Positions 47,658-57,706 of a stretch of 64,000 bases of DNA are shown here, piece after piece; the stretch's first letter is position 1, and each line of letters opens with the position of its first letter. Location of the stretch: contig OZ257156.1 of NCBI GenBank assembly GCA_965279375.1, positions 1,792,001 through 1,856,000 on the forward strand, in the 5' to 3' direction. A program made the translations under genes and the position numbers. The notes below the pieces were generated by a model. It did no database searches, was not told where the DNA came from, and saw only the letters and a program-made list of their open reading frames with translations. The stretch comes from Gemmatimonas sp. (lineage in GTDB: Bacteria; Gemmatimonadota; Gemmatimonadetes; Gemmatimonadales; Gemmatimonadaceae).

Positions 47658-48300
47658 AATCGGCGCCGAGCGGCGCGCCGCCATCTTTGCGCTCGCCTTG
47701 CTCGGCGCTTCAGCACCGTTTGGTGGGCGGCTTTCGTCGCAAAGCAGCGCGCGCGGTAGCTCGAAGGCAGCGGCGGCGCAGGAACGAAGCGCCGAGTTGG
47801 CGCGAACGACGCTCGACGGCTGGATTGTCACACGATTTCGTGGCGCGCAGCTGCTGGACGACAGCACCGCAATGCGGCCGCGCGGCACCGATTCCAGCGC
47901 CAAGCCAGCGACCACGATCTATCCGCGCGTGGAGTCGGTGCGCGAGTCGGCAACGGGCGACACCCTCCTCGCGCTGCACTTTGGCACCCAGGCGGGATTG
48001 GTCCCGCTGCGCGATCTCGCCACAGTGCGTCTGAGTGCGTCGAGTGGCGCCATCACCGCGCAGGAGGCGCGAATCGTGACGCGTCGCGCCTTTCGTGCGC
48101 CACGACTGCCAAAAGCCCGGTACGACGACGCGGCCGCGTGGCGATATGGTTGGGCATACGTGTTGGTCACGCGCGCCCGCCGACCATCGCAGGGGTTTCG
48201 CGGATGGCTCCTGCTGACGCTCCCCGATTCCGTTCCGGTGCGAACTCCTTCGCGAACCCCCGTTCGCCGGCCCAGCACGGCGAAACTGCGCACGCGATAG
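47620..48300 (+). CDS. Hypothetical exported protein
   Basis: Fills the gap between same-strand genes; hydrophobic AAIFALALLGASA segment; start uncertain. Confidence 0.5.
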   Translation: MDDSTWRVPALRRIGAERRAAIFALALLGASAPFGGRLSSQSSARGSSKAAAAQERSAELARTTLDGWIVTRFRGAQLLDDSTAMRPRGTDSSAKPATTIYPRVESVRESATGDTLLALHFGTQAGLVPLRDLATVRLSASSGAITAQEARIVTRRAFRAPRLPKARYDDAAAWRYGWAYVLVTRARRPSQGFRGWLLLTLPDSVPVRTPSRTPVRRPSTAKLRTR

Positions 48301-48427
48301 CGCGGTAGGCAGTGTCACGTCTCGAGTGGGCGCGGGAACGCATCGACGTTGCACTGGGATGAACGTGAGCGGCGTCGGCCGGGTATGCACCGCGATGATT
48401 CCGCTGATGATTACATTCCCGCGCCAT

Positions 48428-50623
48428 ATGCACCGGACTTCCGCAGGTCAGACGCGCTCCGCCGAGTCGGCGCGCCTTCGATGGGTGCGCGCCCGCGCGG
48501 GATGGATTGCCGGCCTTGGCCTCATGCTGTGGAGCGCTTCGGTGCAGGCGCAGGCTAAACAGGTATCTGGCGCGCGCTGGGTGGCGGATCCTGTCGCCGA
48601 TTCGCTGATCGATCGGGCAACGGCGCGTCGCGGGCTGCAGCTCGCCGATTCGACGCTGCTGAGCTATCGCGCCGACGCGCATGGCTTTCTCGCATTTCTC
48701 GCGCAGTTGGGCGAAGGGGTGCTGATTCCGCCGCGCGTTGTGCAGAGCGAAGAGCTGGCGCTGACGATTTCGTGGTGGCAGCCGGGGCAGAGCGCGCAGA
48801 GGCTTGTCGGTCGACGGGACACGACGCTGTTGCCGTCGGAGGTCGGCTACTATCGCGATCGCTACGGCGTGATTCTCGACAATCTGCCTGACCGCATTCG
48901 ATTGGGCGACGGACAGGATGTGCGCGATGTACCGCATCCGTTGGCGGCGAGCGCTAGGTCGCTCTACGAGTTTCAGCGCGGTGGTCAGCTCACGATTCGG
49001 ATTCCCGGGCGCGAGATCGTAGTGGACGAAGTGCGCTTTCGCCCGCGCGACGGGTCAAAGCCCGCCGCTATCGGGTCCGTCTTTCTCGATCACAACTCAG
49101 CGGCGGTCGTGCGTCTCTCGATGACGTTCACCCGCGCCGCGATCATCGACAAGCGCATCGAGACGCTGGTGGTGACGCTCGAAAATGGCTTGGTGCGTGA
49201 GCGCTATTGGTTGCCGCGGAGACAGGAGGTGGAGGTGTCGCGCGGCGCAACGTGGTTGGACATCCCGGCGCGTGGCATCGTTCGCGGCAAGTGGGAAGTG
49301 GCCAACTACGACGTCAACGAGCGCATTCCCGACTCCACCAAGCTGCTGCCGCGCTGGAGCTCGGCGCCGCGAGAAGCACTCAAGGCGCACAAGTTCGAAG
49401 GACGCGTGGTTGATATACTGCCGCCCGACATTCAGGTGGCGAGCAGTGAGGATGTGGTGCATGCGCGCGAGCTGGCCGCGGAAGCGGTGCGCGCGTCGAT
49501 GCTCACGCGGCCTGCGCGCGCGACGGTCTCTGGTCGCGGTATCAGTGACCTCGCGCGGTTCACGCGCGCGGAAGGGTTCGCGCTGGGCGGCGGGCTCGCA
49601 CAGCGCTGGGGCGATGGACTCGTGTTGAGTGGTCGCGCGCGCTACGGTTTCAGCGATCACGAGGTGAAGGGACTCGTCGCCTTCGGACGCGAGCCCGCCT
49701 TCGGACGCACGCCGCTCAAACAGCTGTTCGTGGAGCGCGACTACCGCGATCTCGCGCCCGCCGAACGTGGTGGCGTGACCAACTCGCTTGCGGCGCAGCT
49801 GTTTGGCAGCGACTACACCATGCAGGTGGACACGCGCGCGGTTGGGTTGATGCTGCGTCGGAGCCAGAGCGATCCGTTCACATTGCGTCTGGCGTATGAA
49901 TGGGACCGATCGGTGCGGCTGGCCGCCAAGCCGATCAGCGGCGACTTCGAGCCCGTGCTCGACGCGTGGAAAATGAAAGGTGTGCGCGCGGAATTGCGTG
50001 GTAAGGGTGGATGGGTGGCGAGCAGTCCCACTTCGTGGCGCGGCAACTGGACGCTCGATGCATCGGCGGGATCGTACGGGCCGTACACGGTCAAAGTCCT
50101 CGGGCCCGCGCCCGGAGGCGGAAGGCTTACGCCGGTGCAGGAGCATCCGCTGGTCGTGCGTCTCACCGGCAGTCTGGCGATGGAGCGCGCACTCGGCGGC
50201 GATCGTACGCTCGCCCTGCGATCCGTGGCCAGCTTCTCCGGAGGACGTACGTTGCCGCCACAGTGGATGTCGTTCGCTGGTGGCCCATGGTCGGCGCCGG
50301 GTTATGACTTTGCGTCGTTCGCGACGCGTGCGTACGCCTCGCAGCGTGTGGAGTTCAGGCAGCCGATTCCTGCGCCGTCGATCCCGCTCCCCAAGGGGCT
50401 GCGCGCGCCCGGTCACATCACACTTGCGCCCTTCGTGCAGGCGCTCGCTGTGGCGCCGGGCATTCCGTCGGTCTCGACCCCGGTCGCCGGTGTGTACCCG
50501 TCGGCGGGCGTCGGCGTTCTTTTCTTCTACGATCTGTTGCGCGCGGATGTGGCGCGCGGACTGCGACACGGGCAGTGGCGCTTCTCGATCGACATCGATC
50601 GCAGCTTCTGGGGGATTCTCTGA
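48428..50623 (+). CDS. Hypothetical secreted/outer-membrane protein with probable C-terminal beta-barrel
   Basis: Signal (..VQA-Q), YWLPRRQEVE N-domain, amphipathic strands, C-terminal LLRADVARGL..WRFSIDIDRSFWGIL. Start uncertain. Confidence 0.6.
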   Translation: MHRTSAGQTRSAESARLRWVRARAGWIAGLGLMLWSASVQAQAKQVSGARWVADPVADSLIDRATARRGLQLADSTLLSYRADAHGFLAFLAQLGEGVLIPPRVVQSEELALTISWWQPGQSAQRLVGRRDTTLLPSEVGYYRDRYGVILDNLPDRIRLGDGQDVRDVPHPLAASARSLYEFQRGGQLTIRIPGREIVVDEVRFRPRDGSKPAAIGSVFLDHNSAAVVRLSMTFTRAAIIDKRIETLVVTLENGLVRERYWLPRRQEVEVSRGATWLDIPARGIVRGKWEVANYDVNERIPDSTKLLPRWSSAPREALKAHKFEGRVVDILPPDIQVASSEDVVHARELAAEAVRASMLTRPARATVSGRGISDLARFTRAEGFALGGGLAQRWGDGLVLSGRARYGFSDHEVKGLVAFGREPAFGRTPLKQLFVERDYRDLAPAERGGVTNSLAAQLFGSDYTMQVDTRAVGLMLRRSQSDPFTLRLAYEWDRSVRLAAKPISGDFEPVLDAWKMKGVRAELRGKGGWVASSPTSWRGNWTLDASAGSYGPYTVKVLGPAPGGGRLTPVQEHPLVVRLTGSLAMERALGGDRTLALRSVASFSGGRTLPPQWMSFAGGPWSAPGYDFASFATRAYASQRVEFRQPIPAPSIPLPKGLRAPGHITLAPFVQALAVAPGIPSVSTPVAGVYPSAGVGVLFFYDLLRADVARGLRHGQWRFSIDIDRSFWGIL

Positions 50624-50634
50624 GCGCGCCCATA

Positions 50635-51261
50635 GTGAAGCGTGACGAGGCGCCTTCGGGTGATGGTCGTCGCTACGATCAGGCGTACTTCGACAAGTGG
50701 TATCGTCACCCAACGCATCGCGTGAAGACGGCGACGGAACTGCGCCGTCAGTTGGAGTTCGTGTTGCACACCGCCGAATGGATGCTGGGACGGCCAGTGC
50801 GCACCGTGCTTGACGTGGGATGCGGCGAGGGGAACTGGCAGCCGGTCCTCACCAAGCTCCGTCCGTCGCTGTCGTATCATGGCGTGGACCCGAGTGCGTA
50901 CGCCGTTGCGCGCTACGGCAAGCGGCGCGGGTTGCAGCAGGGCGGCGTCGAAGATCTCGACACGCTCGCGTTGCGTCCCAGTTACGATCTCGTGGTCTGT
51001 TGCGGCATGCTCAACTACTTGTCGGCGGCACAGTTCACGCGCGGCATGGCGCAGGTGGCACGGCGGACCGGCGGCGTGGCATACCTGGAGATCTTCGCCA
51101 AGGGCGATGCGTTCGAAGGCGACACGGATTGGCCGCCCCTCAAGCCGGCCTCGTGGTATCGCGGTGTGTTGGCGAAGGCCGGGCTGCACTCGATCGGCAT
51201 GCAGTGCTACGTGCCCGAGGCGCGACGGCCGCTCGTCGCGCGCATGGAACGTGGGTGGTAG
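50635..51261 (+). CDS. Class I SAM-dependent methyltransferase
   Basis: VLDVGCGEG, GVDPS, YDLVVC. Confidence 0.85.
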   Translation: MKRDEAPSGDGRRYDQAYFDKWYRHPTHRVKTATELRRQLEFVLHTAEWMLGRPVRTVLDVGCGEGNWQPVLTKLRPSLSYHGVDPSAYAVARYGKRRGLQQGGVEDLDTLALRPSYDLVVCCGMLNYLSAAQFTRGMAQVARRTGGVAYLEIFAKGDAFEGDTDWPPLKPASWYRGVLAKAGLHSIGMQCYVPEARRPLVARMERGW

Positions 51262-51307
51262 CCCGGGTGGTAGCGCCTCGCTCGTTTCCCTGCCATGATC
51301 CTCGTTC

Positions 51308-52153
51308 ATGACTGAGCCCAGCAAAGCGCCCGACACCACCTGGTCCGCGTTCGTCGCTACCCTCGCCGCCGAGCGTGGACGTGCGCAGCAGCCGCGTCCG
51401 TTGCGGGCGATGTCCGAAGAGTTCGCGCTCTGCATTCTCTCGTTGCTGTTTCCCGCGTTCGCACGCAGTGGACGCACATGGACCACGGTTGAGACCGACG
51501 CCGAGCATGCGGAGCAGCTGTTGCTGGAGGTGGCGACCGGTCTCGTGAGCGACGCGCCAGTGCTGGTGCAGCGTTTTCTCGAGGCGCTCCCGTCGGTGCG
51601 TGAAGCGCTGCTCGCAGACGCCGACGCGATCCTCGCGGGTGACCCCGCGGCCACGACGTTTGAAGAAGTGGTGTTGGCGTATCCGGGCTTTCTTGCGATT
51701 GCGGTACATCGGTTGTCGCACGAGCTCTACCGACTCGGGTTGCCGCTCTTTCCGCGCGTGCTCTCGGAGTGGTCGCATCGACAGACGGGCATCGACATTC
51801 ACCCCGGCGCGCAGATTGGCTACGGATTTGCAATCGATCACGGAACGGGTGTGGTGATTGGCGAGACGAGCACCATCGGCGACCGCGTGCGTGTGTATCA
51901 GGGCGTGACGTTGGGTGCGTTGGCTGTCAGCAAGCGGATGGCCAATCGCAAGCGGCATCCAACCATCGGCAACGACGTCGTCATCTACGCGAACGCCACG
52001 ATCCTTGGCGGAAACACGCTCATCGGCGACGGGTCGATCATCGGCGGCAACGTGTGGCTGACGTCGTCGGTGCCACCGCAGTCGGTCGTGCAATTCAGCA
52101 GTCGTGTGGAGCAGCGCGCGCCTGTCGATGACGGATTGGAGTTCCATATCTGA
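51308..52153 (+). CDS. cysE: Serine O-acetyltransferase
   Basis: GDPAA, YPG, TGIDIHPGAQIG, IDHGTGVVIGET, YQGVTLG, KRHPTIG. Confidence 0.92.
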   Translation: MTEPSKAPDTTWSAFVATLAAERGRAQQPRPLRAMSEEFALCILSLLFPAFARSGRTWTTVETDAEHAEQLLLEVATGLVSDAPVLVQRFLEALPSVREALLADADAILAGDPAATTFEEVVLAYPGFLAIAVHRLSHELYRLGLPLFPRVLSEWSHRQTGIDIHPGAQIGYGFAIDHGTGVVIGETSTIGDRVRVYQGVTLGALAVSKRMANRKRHPTIGNDVVIYANATILGGNTLIGDGSIIGGNVWLTSSVPPQSVVQFSSRVEQRAPVDDGLEFHI

Positions 52154-52228
52154 CGCGTGCGCGTCGCCGTCGATGGCGATGCGCGCGAGTCGCAGTCACT
52201 TGTGTTCATAGCCTCAGGGAGCCGAATC

Positions 52229-53146
52229 ATGCGCGCCAAGAATATCCTGCAGACGATCGGTCACACGCCGCATGTGCAGCTGCAGCGTCTCTTTGATCCG
52301 CGCGTGCATGTGTGGATGAAGCTCGAGCGGGCCAATCCGGGCGGCAGCATCAAGGATCGCATTGCGTTGGCGATGATCGAGGATGCGGAGCAACGCGGTG
52401 TGCTCACCAAGGACAGCGTGATCATCGAGCCGACGTCGGGGAACACCGGCATCGGGCTGGCGATGGTGGCCGCGGTCAAGGGATATCGCCTCGTGCTCGT
52501 GATGCCCGAGTCGATGTCTATCGAGCGACGTCGTATCATGGCCGCGTACGGGGCCACCTTCGATTTGACACCGCGCGAGAAGGGGATGAAGGGCGCGATC
52601 GAGCGGGCGAGCGAACTCGTTGCCTCGACGCCCAACGCATGGATGCCGCAGCAGTTCGACAATCCTGCCAACGTGCGCGTGCACGCTGAAACCACGGCGC
52701 AGGAGATCCTCGCGGATTTTCCGAACGGCATCGACTATCTGATCACGGGCGTCGGCACGGGTGGACACATCACGGGGGTGAGCGAAGTGCTCAAGAAGCA
52801 CTTTCCTTCCATGCAGACCTTTGCCGTGGAGCCGGCCAAGTCGCCGGTCATCAGCGGCGGCAGCCCGAGCCCGCACCGCATTCAGGGCGTGGGGCCAGGC
52901 TTCATTCCCACGAACCTTCACCGCGACACCCTCGATGGCGCGATTCAGGTGACCGAAGAGGATGCCTTCTCGTACACGCAGCGTGCGGCACGTGAGGAAG
53001 GCATCTTCATCGGCATCTCGAGCGGCGGTTCACTGGCGGCAGTGGCACAGAAGATTCCCGACATGGCCGACGGAGCGACGGTGCTGACCTTCTGCTATGA
53101 CACCGGCGAGCGCTATCTCTCCATCGACGGGCTCTTCCCCGTTTGA
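52229..53146 (+). CDS. cysK: Cysteine synthase A
   Basis: [45 protein letters not shown]. Confidence 0.95.
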   Translation: MRAKNILQTIGHTPHVQLQRLFDPRVHVWMKLERANPGGSIKDRIALAMIEDAEQRGVLTKDSVIIEPTSGNTGIGLAMVAAVKGYRLVLVMPESMSIERRRIMAAYGATFDLTPREKGMKGAIERASELVASTPNAWMPQQFDNPANVRVHAETTAQEILADFPNGIDYLITGVGTGGHITGVSEVLKKHFPSMQTFAVEPAKSPVISGGSPSPHRIQGVGPGFIPTNLHRDTLDGAIQVTEEDAFSYTQRAAREEGIFIGISSGGSLAAVAQKIPDMADGATVLTFCYDTGERYLSIDGLFPV

Positions 53147-53230
53147 TGCGAGGAGATGCAGCGTTAGGCTACGAAGCACCGCTGCTGCCTCCGGAACGCG
53201 AGCGTCGGCTGACATACTGCGCATGAATAC

Positions 53231-54367
53231 ATGACCGACGAGTCGCTGATGGTCGGTGGCGCACTGGCCGTGGGCATACTGCTGGGCGCCCTGCTCACGT
53301 GGGTGTTGCATCGCCGACTGCTGGCGTCGGAGATCGCGCGCGTGTCGGCGGTGGAGTCGGCACGCGCGCAGCGTGAAGCGGCCGCGTTGCGCGAGCAGTT
53401 GGCGCGCCACGAAACGGAAGCAACGCTCACGCAGCGGCACGGCAATGTGGCGGAGTTGCTCTCGCCCATTCGCGACACGCTCTCGCGCTACGATGAGGTG
53501 CTCGACCGGATGGGAAAGGCGCAGGCGCAGGTCGCCGGTGCCATCGGCGAACGCCTCGATGCGGTCTCGCTGGCGGGGGAGTCACTGCGACGTGAGACGC
53601 AGCAGCTCTCGCAGGCGTTGCGCGCACCGACCGTGCGCGGGCAGTGGGGTGAGTTGCAGCTGCGACGCGTGTGCGAACTGGCCGGTATGCTCGCGTACTG
53701 CGATTTCGAACCGCAAGTGACGGTGCGCAACGAGGACGGCATGCAGCGCCCCGATCTCGTGGTGCGCATGCCCGGTGGGCGGCAACTTGTTGTAGATGCC
53801 AAGGCGCCGCTTTCCGCGTATCTGGAAGCGATGGGTGCGCCCGACGATCGCGCACGCACCGCACGCCTGGCGGAGCATGCCGCCGCGTTGCGCGGCCACG
53901 TCCAGCGGCTGTCGGCAAAGAAGTACTGGACGCAGTTCACCGAAGCGCCGGAGTTCGTGGTGCTCTTCCTGCCGGGTGAAGCGTTCTTTGCGGCAGCGTT
54001 GGAGTCCGACCCGTCGCTGCTGGAAGCAGCGCTGAGTGAGCGCGTGCTGCTGGCCACGCCCACCACGCTCATCGCGTTGCTCAAGGCCACCGCCTACGGC
54101 TGGCGTCAGGAGCGAGTGGCAGAAGATGCGGCGCGCATTGTCGCGTTGGGGCGCGAGCTGCAGGAGCGACTCGTCGTGTTCGACGAGCAGCTGGGTGAAG
54201 TGGGGAAGGGGCTACAGCGCGCCGTGACGGGCTACAATCGTGCGGTGGGGAGCCTGGAAAGTCGCGTGCTTGTGAGCGCGCGACGACTCGGCGAGCTGGG
54301 AGTGGGCGGCGGTGCGTTGGAGCCGCCACCGATCATCGAGACGGCGGTACGCGACGTCAGCGAGTGA
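53231..54367 (+). CDS. rmuC: DNA recombination protein RmuC
   Basis: N-terminal TM plus coiled coil; RGQWGELQL, RPD, VDAK, FVVLFLPGE, TPTTLIALLK. Confidence 0.92.
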   Translation: MTDESLMVGGALAVGILLGALLTWVLHRRLLASEIARVSAVESARAQREAAALREQLARHETEATLTQRHGNVAELLSPIRDTLSRYDEVLDRMGKAQAQVAGAIGERLDAVSLAGESLRRETQQLSQALRAPTVRGQWGELQLRRVCELAGMLAYCDFEPQVTVRNEDGMQRPDLVVRMPGGRQLVVDAKAPLSAYLEAMGAPDDRARTARLAEHAAALRGHVQRLSAKKYWTQFTEAPEFVVLFLPGEAFFAAALESDPSLLEAALSERVLLATPTTLIALLKATAYGWRQERVAEDAARIVALGRELQERLVVFDEQLGEVGKGLQRAVTGYNRAVGSLESRVLVSARRLGELGVGGGALEPPPIIETAVRDVSE

Positions 54368-55298
54368 GCGTTGGAGTGCGCGTTGGAGTGAGTGTTGGCG
54401 TGAGCGTCGCGTCCAGCAGTTCGATGAGTGTGTCGCGGAGCGCGCTTGCGCGTGCACTCAACGCGCGCTGTCGCCGCTGATATTCGTCGCGCCCTTCCGC
54501 CGTCTCGACGCACACCGGTTCCACACCGAAGGCACGCAGGTCGTACGGGCCCGCTTGCATGTCGAGGTCGCGTAGATCCATGGCCAGCTCGAAGCAGTCC
54601 GCAAGCACGTCACTGCCAATCCACGGCATGCACGTGTACGACCAGCGATAGAGGTCCATGTTGGCATGCACGCACCCCGGCTGCTCCGCGTCGTAGCGGT
54701 TCGCCCACTCCAGCGCGATCCGATTCATCGGCTTGGCGTCCGGCGCGAAGAACCGAAACGCGTCGAAGTGGCTGCACGCCACAGGGCGCGTCTCCACCAG
54801 CGCATCCACCTGCGCCTGCGGCAAACGAAGCGGCGCGATCTCTGCGTGGCGAAGGTCGTGGCCACGATACACCATCGCCCACTCGTGCATCCCGTAGCAA
54901 CCAAAATGTGCGGGGCGATCGCGCGTTGTGCGAAGAATGTGCAGCGCGTTGGCGAGGCGCTCGCGTCTGGCGTCGGTAAGCGCACTCGTCTGCCGACGAA
55001 TCACGCCGTCCACCGCACCGTACACGGGAGCGCTGAAACGCTCGCGTGATTCCGCGCTGTCAGTCAGCGCCTCGTGCGGCGCGGGGTGCCACGTTTCGAG
55101 CTTGCCCGGCGAGTAGCTGTAGTACTGGAAGAGAAAGTCGTGAACCGGATGCGATTCACCACGCGCGCGCCGATCGCGACGCGGCTGCGTAAACCGCTGT
55201 ACGCGTTCGAGGTGCGCCTGCGCGCGGACCTGCCACTGCGTTGTGGTCAACGCAGGGGCAGCATCAGTCAGTGAGATAGCCCCACGAGCATCGCGCAT
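54357..55298 (-). CDS. Conserved hypothetical protein (family often auto-annotated as 3-methyladenine DNA glycosylase)
   Basis: HPVHDFLFQYYS, CYGMHEWAMVYR, CSHFDAFRFF, EQPGCVHANMDLYRW, DMQAGPYDL; start uncertain. Confidence 0.75.
   Translation of the reverse strand: MRDARGAISLTDAAPALTTTQWQVRAQAHLERVQRFTQPRRDRRARGESHPVHDFLFQYYSYSPGKLETWHPAPHEALTDSAESRERFSAPVYGAVDGVIRRQTSALTDARRERLANALHILRTTRDRPAHFGCYGMHEWAMVYRGHDLRHAEIAPLRLPQAQVDALVETRPVACSHFDAFRFFAPDAKPMNRIALEWANRYDAEQPGCVHANMDLYRWSYTCMPWIGSDVLADCFELAMDLRDLDMQAGPYDLRAFGVEPVCVETAEGRDEYQRRQRALSARASALRDTLIELLDATLTPTLTPTRTPTLTR
54364..54411. repeat. 4 x 12-bp imperfect tandem repeat encoding a TLTP-repeat tail
   Basis: gtgagcgttgga gtgcgcgttgga gtgagtgttggc gtgagcgtcgcg. 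Confidence 0.7.
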
Positions 55299-55362
55299 GT
55301 CGAATTCTATTCTGATCTCGTCGGCGACGGCACGCCAACTGAACGGCTGAGAACGCACAGCA

Positions 55363-56808
55363 TCAGAAAGGTGCCGGCTGCTCCACCACTACCGGCGCTC
55401 CCGTCACCGGGTGCACGAAGGCCAGCCGCTCTGCGTGCAGCATCAAGCGCTCGTCGTCGTTGGGTGGTGTACGCCCGTACAACCGATCGCCCACGATCGG
55501 CGCGTCGAGGCCCTGTGGATGCGACGCATGCACGCGCAACTGATGCGACCTGCCGGTGTGCGGCGTTAGCTGCACGCGCGTGCGCCCAATGTCGCGTGCG
55601 AGCACGCGCCACTCGGTGTGCGCGGGTTTCCCGTGCACCGGATCGAAGATATTGCGCGGCCGATCGTCGATATCCACGCGCAGTGGCAAGTGGATGTGTC
55701 CGTGGTCGCCCACAACCTCGCCGTCGAGCCACGCGACGTAATGCTTGTCGATTTCGCGACGTGAGAAGAGCCGCTGCAACGCCGTGGCAACCGAGAGCTC
55801 CTTCGCCACGAGCAGTAGCCCGGAGGTATCGAGGTCGAGTCGATGCACCACCAGCGGACCGGTCGCGTCGGGGTAGCGGCTCCGTAGTCGCGACACCACG
55901 CAATCCTGCAACGATGCGCTGCGCCCGGGCACGGTCAGCAGTCCGCTCGGCTTGTTCACCACCAGCAAGTGCTCGTCTTCGTATACGGCAATTGGCTCGG
56001 CGGCGTCGATGGCGGCCGAACCGAAAAGAGGCGGTGGATCGGCCGGCAAGCCTTCGAGCATGTGCGTGAGAATCGGCAGACACTTGCCGCGACAGGCGGC
56101 GTAGAACACCCCCTCGCGCCGATCACCCGTCGCCGAAGGCGCACCCCACCAGAACTCCGCGAGTGCGAGTGGCGTCAGACCCAGGCGATACGCGTGCGCC
56201 AGCAGTTTGGGCGCTGCACAGTCGCCCGCACCGGCGGGCGGCTCGGCCGGCGTGAAGAGCGTACGCAGCGCTCGCACCTCTCCACGCGCGTTGGCGAACT
56301 GATAGCTGTCCTGGATCTGCGCCATGAGAATGCGGGATCGCGCCGTGCGTGTCTCATCGAGCATGCGCACGGCCGCAGCGATGCGACGCGTGTCTGTGCC
56401 TTGCGTATCCGACGGCATGGAGGCGAGCAGATTCGCACGCTGTGCTGCAAAGTCGAGCATCTCGGCCTCGCCTGGAATCCAGACGCGATCACGAGCGACA
56501 CTGTCAAACGTCGGTGGGGCCCAACCGACGATGTCCCACTGTCCGTCGATCATCCCGGAGAAACCGCGCAGGTAGCCGATGGTGCCGTTTGACGCTTCCG
56601 CGACCAGTACCCCGAACATCTTGCCGTTCCCGGGCTCGTGCAGCCGCCACGCACTCGCGTACTGAGACTGCAACGCGGACGTCAGCTCCATCGCGGCACG
56701 CTGCGCGAGTGCGTGCACGGCCCCGCGATCGAACGGGGATGGAAAACGCGCGGGCCGCTCAGCGGGGCTCGGTGCGGGGGAGAAAATGATCACGACGGAG
56801 AATAGCAC
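55363..56808 (-). CDS. RluA family pseudouridine synthase with long N-terminal domain
   Basis: GKMFGVL, GDCAAPKLL, FYAACRGKC; NKPSGLL, HRLDLDTSGLL, TGRSHQLRVH, IVGDRLYG, LMLHA. Confidence 0.92.
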   Translation of the reverse strand: MLFSVVIIFSPAPSPAERPARFPSPFDRGAVHALAQRAAMELTSALQSQYASAWRLHEPGNGKMFGVLVAEASNGTIGYLRGFSGMIDGQWDIVGWAPPTFDSVARDRVWIPGEAEMLDFAAQRANLLASMPSDTQGTDTRRIAAAVRMLDETRTARSRILMAQIQDSYQFANARGEVRALRTLFTPAEPPAGAGDCAAPKLLAHAYRLGLTPLALAEFWWGAPSATGDRREGVFYAACRGKCLPILTHMLEGLPADPPPLFGSAAIDAAEPIAVYEDEHLLVVNKPSGLLTVPGRSASLQDCVVSRLRSRYPDATGPLVVHRLDLDTSGLLLVAKELSVATALQRLFSRREIDKHYVAWLDGEVVGDHGHIHLPLRVDIDDRPRNIFDPVHGKPAHTEWRVLARDIGRTRVQLTPHTGRSHQLRVHASHPQGLDAPIVGDRLYGRTPPNDDERLMLHAERLAFVHPVTGAPVVVEQPAPF

Positions 56809-56879
56809 GCGCGCGATGCACGACGGCTATCGAGTCGGGCCGTCGAGTGCTTTCGGAAACGCTGATATCGAGCGATGCG

Positions 56880-57158
56880 CTAGCGGCTGCGGTCTGCCGT
56901 TGTCGCGCGAAGGTAGCCACACCGCTGGTCGACTGGCCGACCCGCTGGATCTGGGAGAGAGAGGAAGTCGACCGATACGCTGTCCTGACGCGTTCGTGCC
57001 TCGGCGTAGGCCTGCGCACACTCCGCTGCGCTATGTACGCCGTGGAACGGCGCGAAGATCAGCCGATACGACAGCACGCCGATGGCGATCAGCACCGCCG
57101 CGGCGAATCCGGGTGATGTGACGTTACGCCAGTCCGGCGAGCCGGTCAGCATCCGCAT
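56880..57158 (-). CDS. Small hypothetical single-TM protein
   Basis: GAGGGG RBS, hydrophobic segment and two Cys. Confidence 0.45.
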   Translation of the reverse strand: MRMLTGSPDWRNVTSPGFAAAVLIAIGVLSYRLIFAPFHGVHSAAECAQAYAEARTRQDSVSVDFLSLPDPAGRPVDQRCGYLRATTADRSR

Positions 57159-57268
57159 AGGCCCCTCGTGAGTTCGCATTCGGTGTTCCTCCCGACGACA
57201 CGCCGTTGCTGCACACTCAGGTAACTCGCGCCAGTCGCCATCGGTCACCTGCGGATCAGATCAGATCT

Positions 57269-57637
57269 TCAGCGTCCGGTGAACAAGACTGCCGTGTCCG
57301 CCACGGCGCCCGCCACCGTCGGCGCGATGCCCAGCGCATAGAGCGCGATCGCCAATCGCCACGGTCGTTGTGGCGACAAGAGCTTGGCGAACATGGGAAT
57401 GAGCAGTGGCCAGAAGATCAGAAACAAGTAGCCGAAATCGAACGGCAAGGCCACCCGTGTTTGCCGCGCAAACTGTCGGATCCACATGCCGATCGCAACG
57501 AGCGGTCCAAATGTGAGAAAGATCTGGACGGGCGTCGACAGCGAGCGGTGCGCGAGCGCGTACAGCACCACGACCGCCACGCCGGTGGCATCAATCAAAA
57601 GCACATTTCGAAGCGACGGTCGCGGACTTGGCAGCAT
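57269..57637 (-). CDS. Small hypothetical membrane protein (about 4 TM)
   Basis: 122 aa, strongly hydrophobic. Confidence 0.55.
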   Translation of the reverse strand: MLPSPRPSLRNVLLIDATGVAVVVLYALAHRSLSTPVQIFLTFGPLVAIGMWIRQFARQTRVALPFDFGYLFLIFWPLLIPMFAKLLSPQRPWRLAIALYALGIAPTVAGAVADTAVLFTGR

Positions 57638-57706
57638 GACATGGGAGTAAATGGCTGACGCAACATTCCAACCGCGCTGTCCTCTACGTGCCGCCCGTCG
57701 CTCCGA

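Noticed and set aside
51308..53146. Functional link between cysE-cysK and the tRNA-Cys in this window
   Set aside because: They are 31 kb apart with unrelated genes between; ordinary housekeeping.
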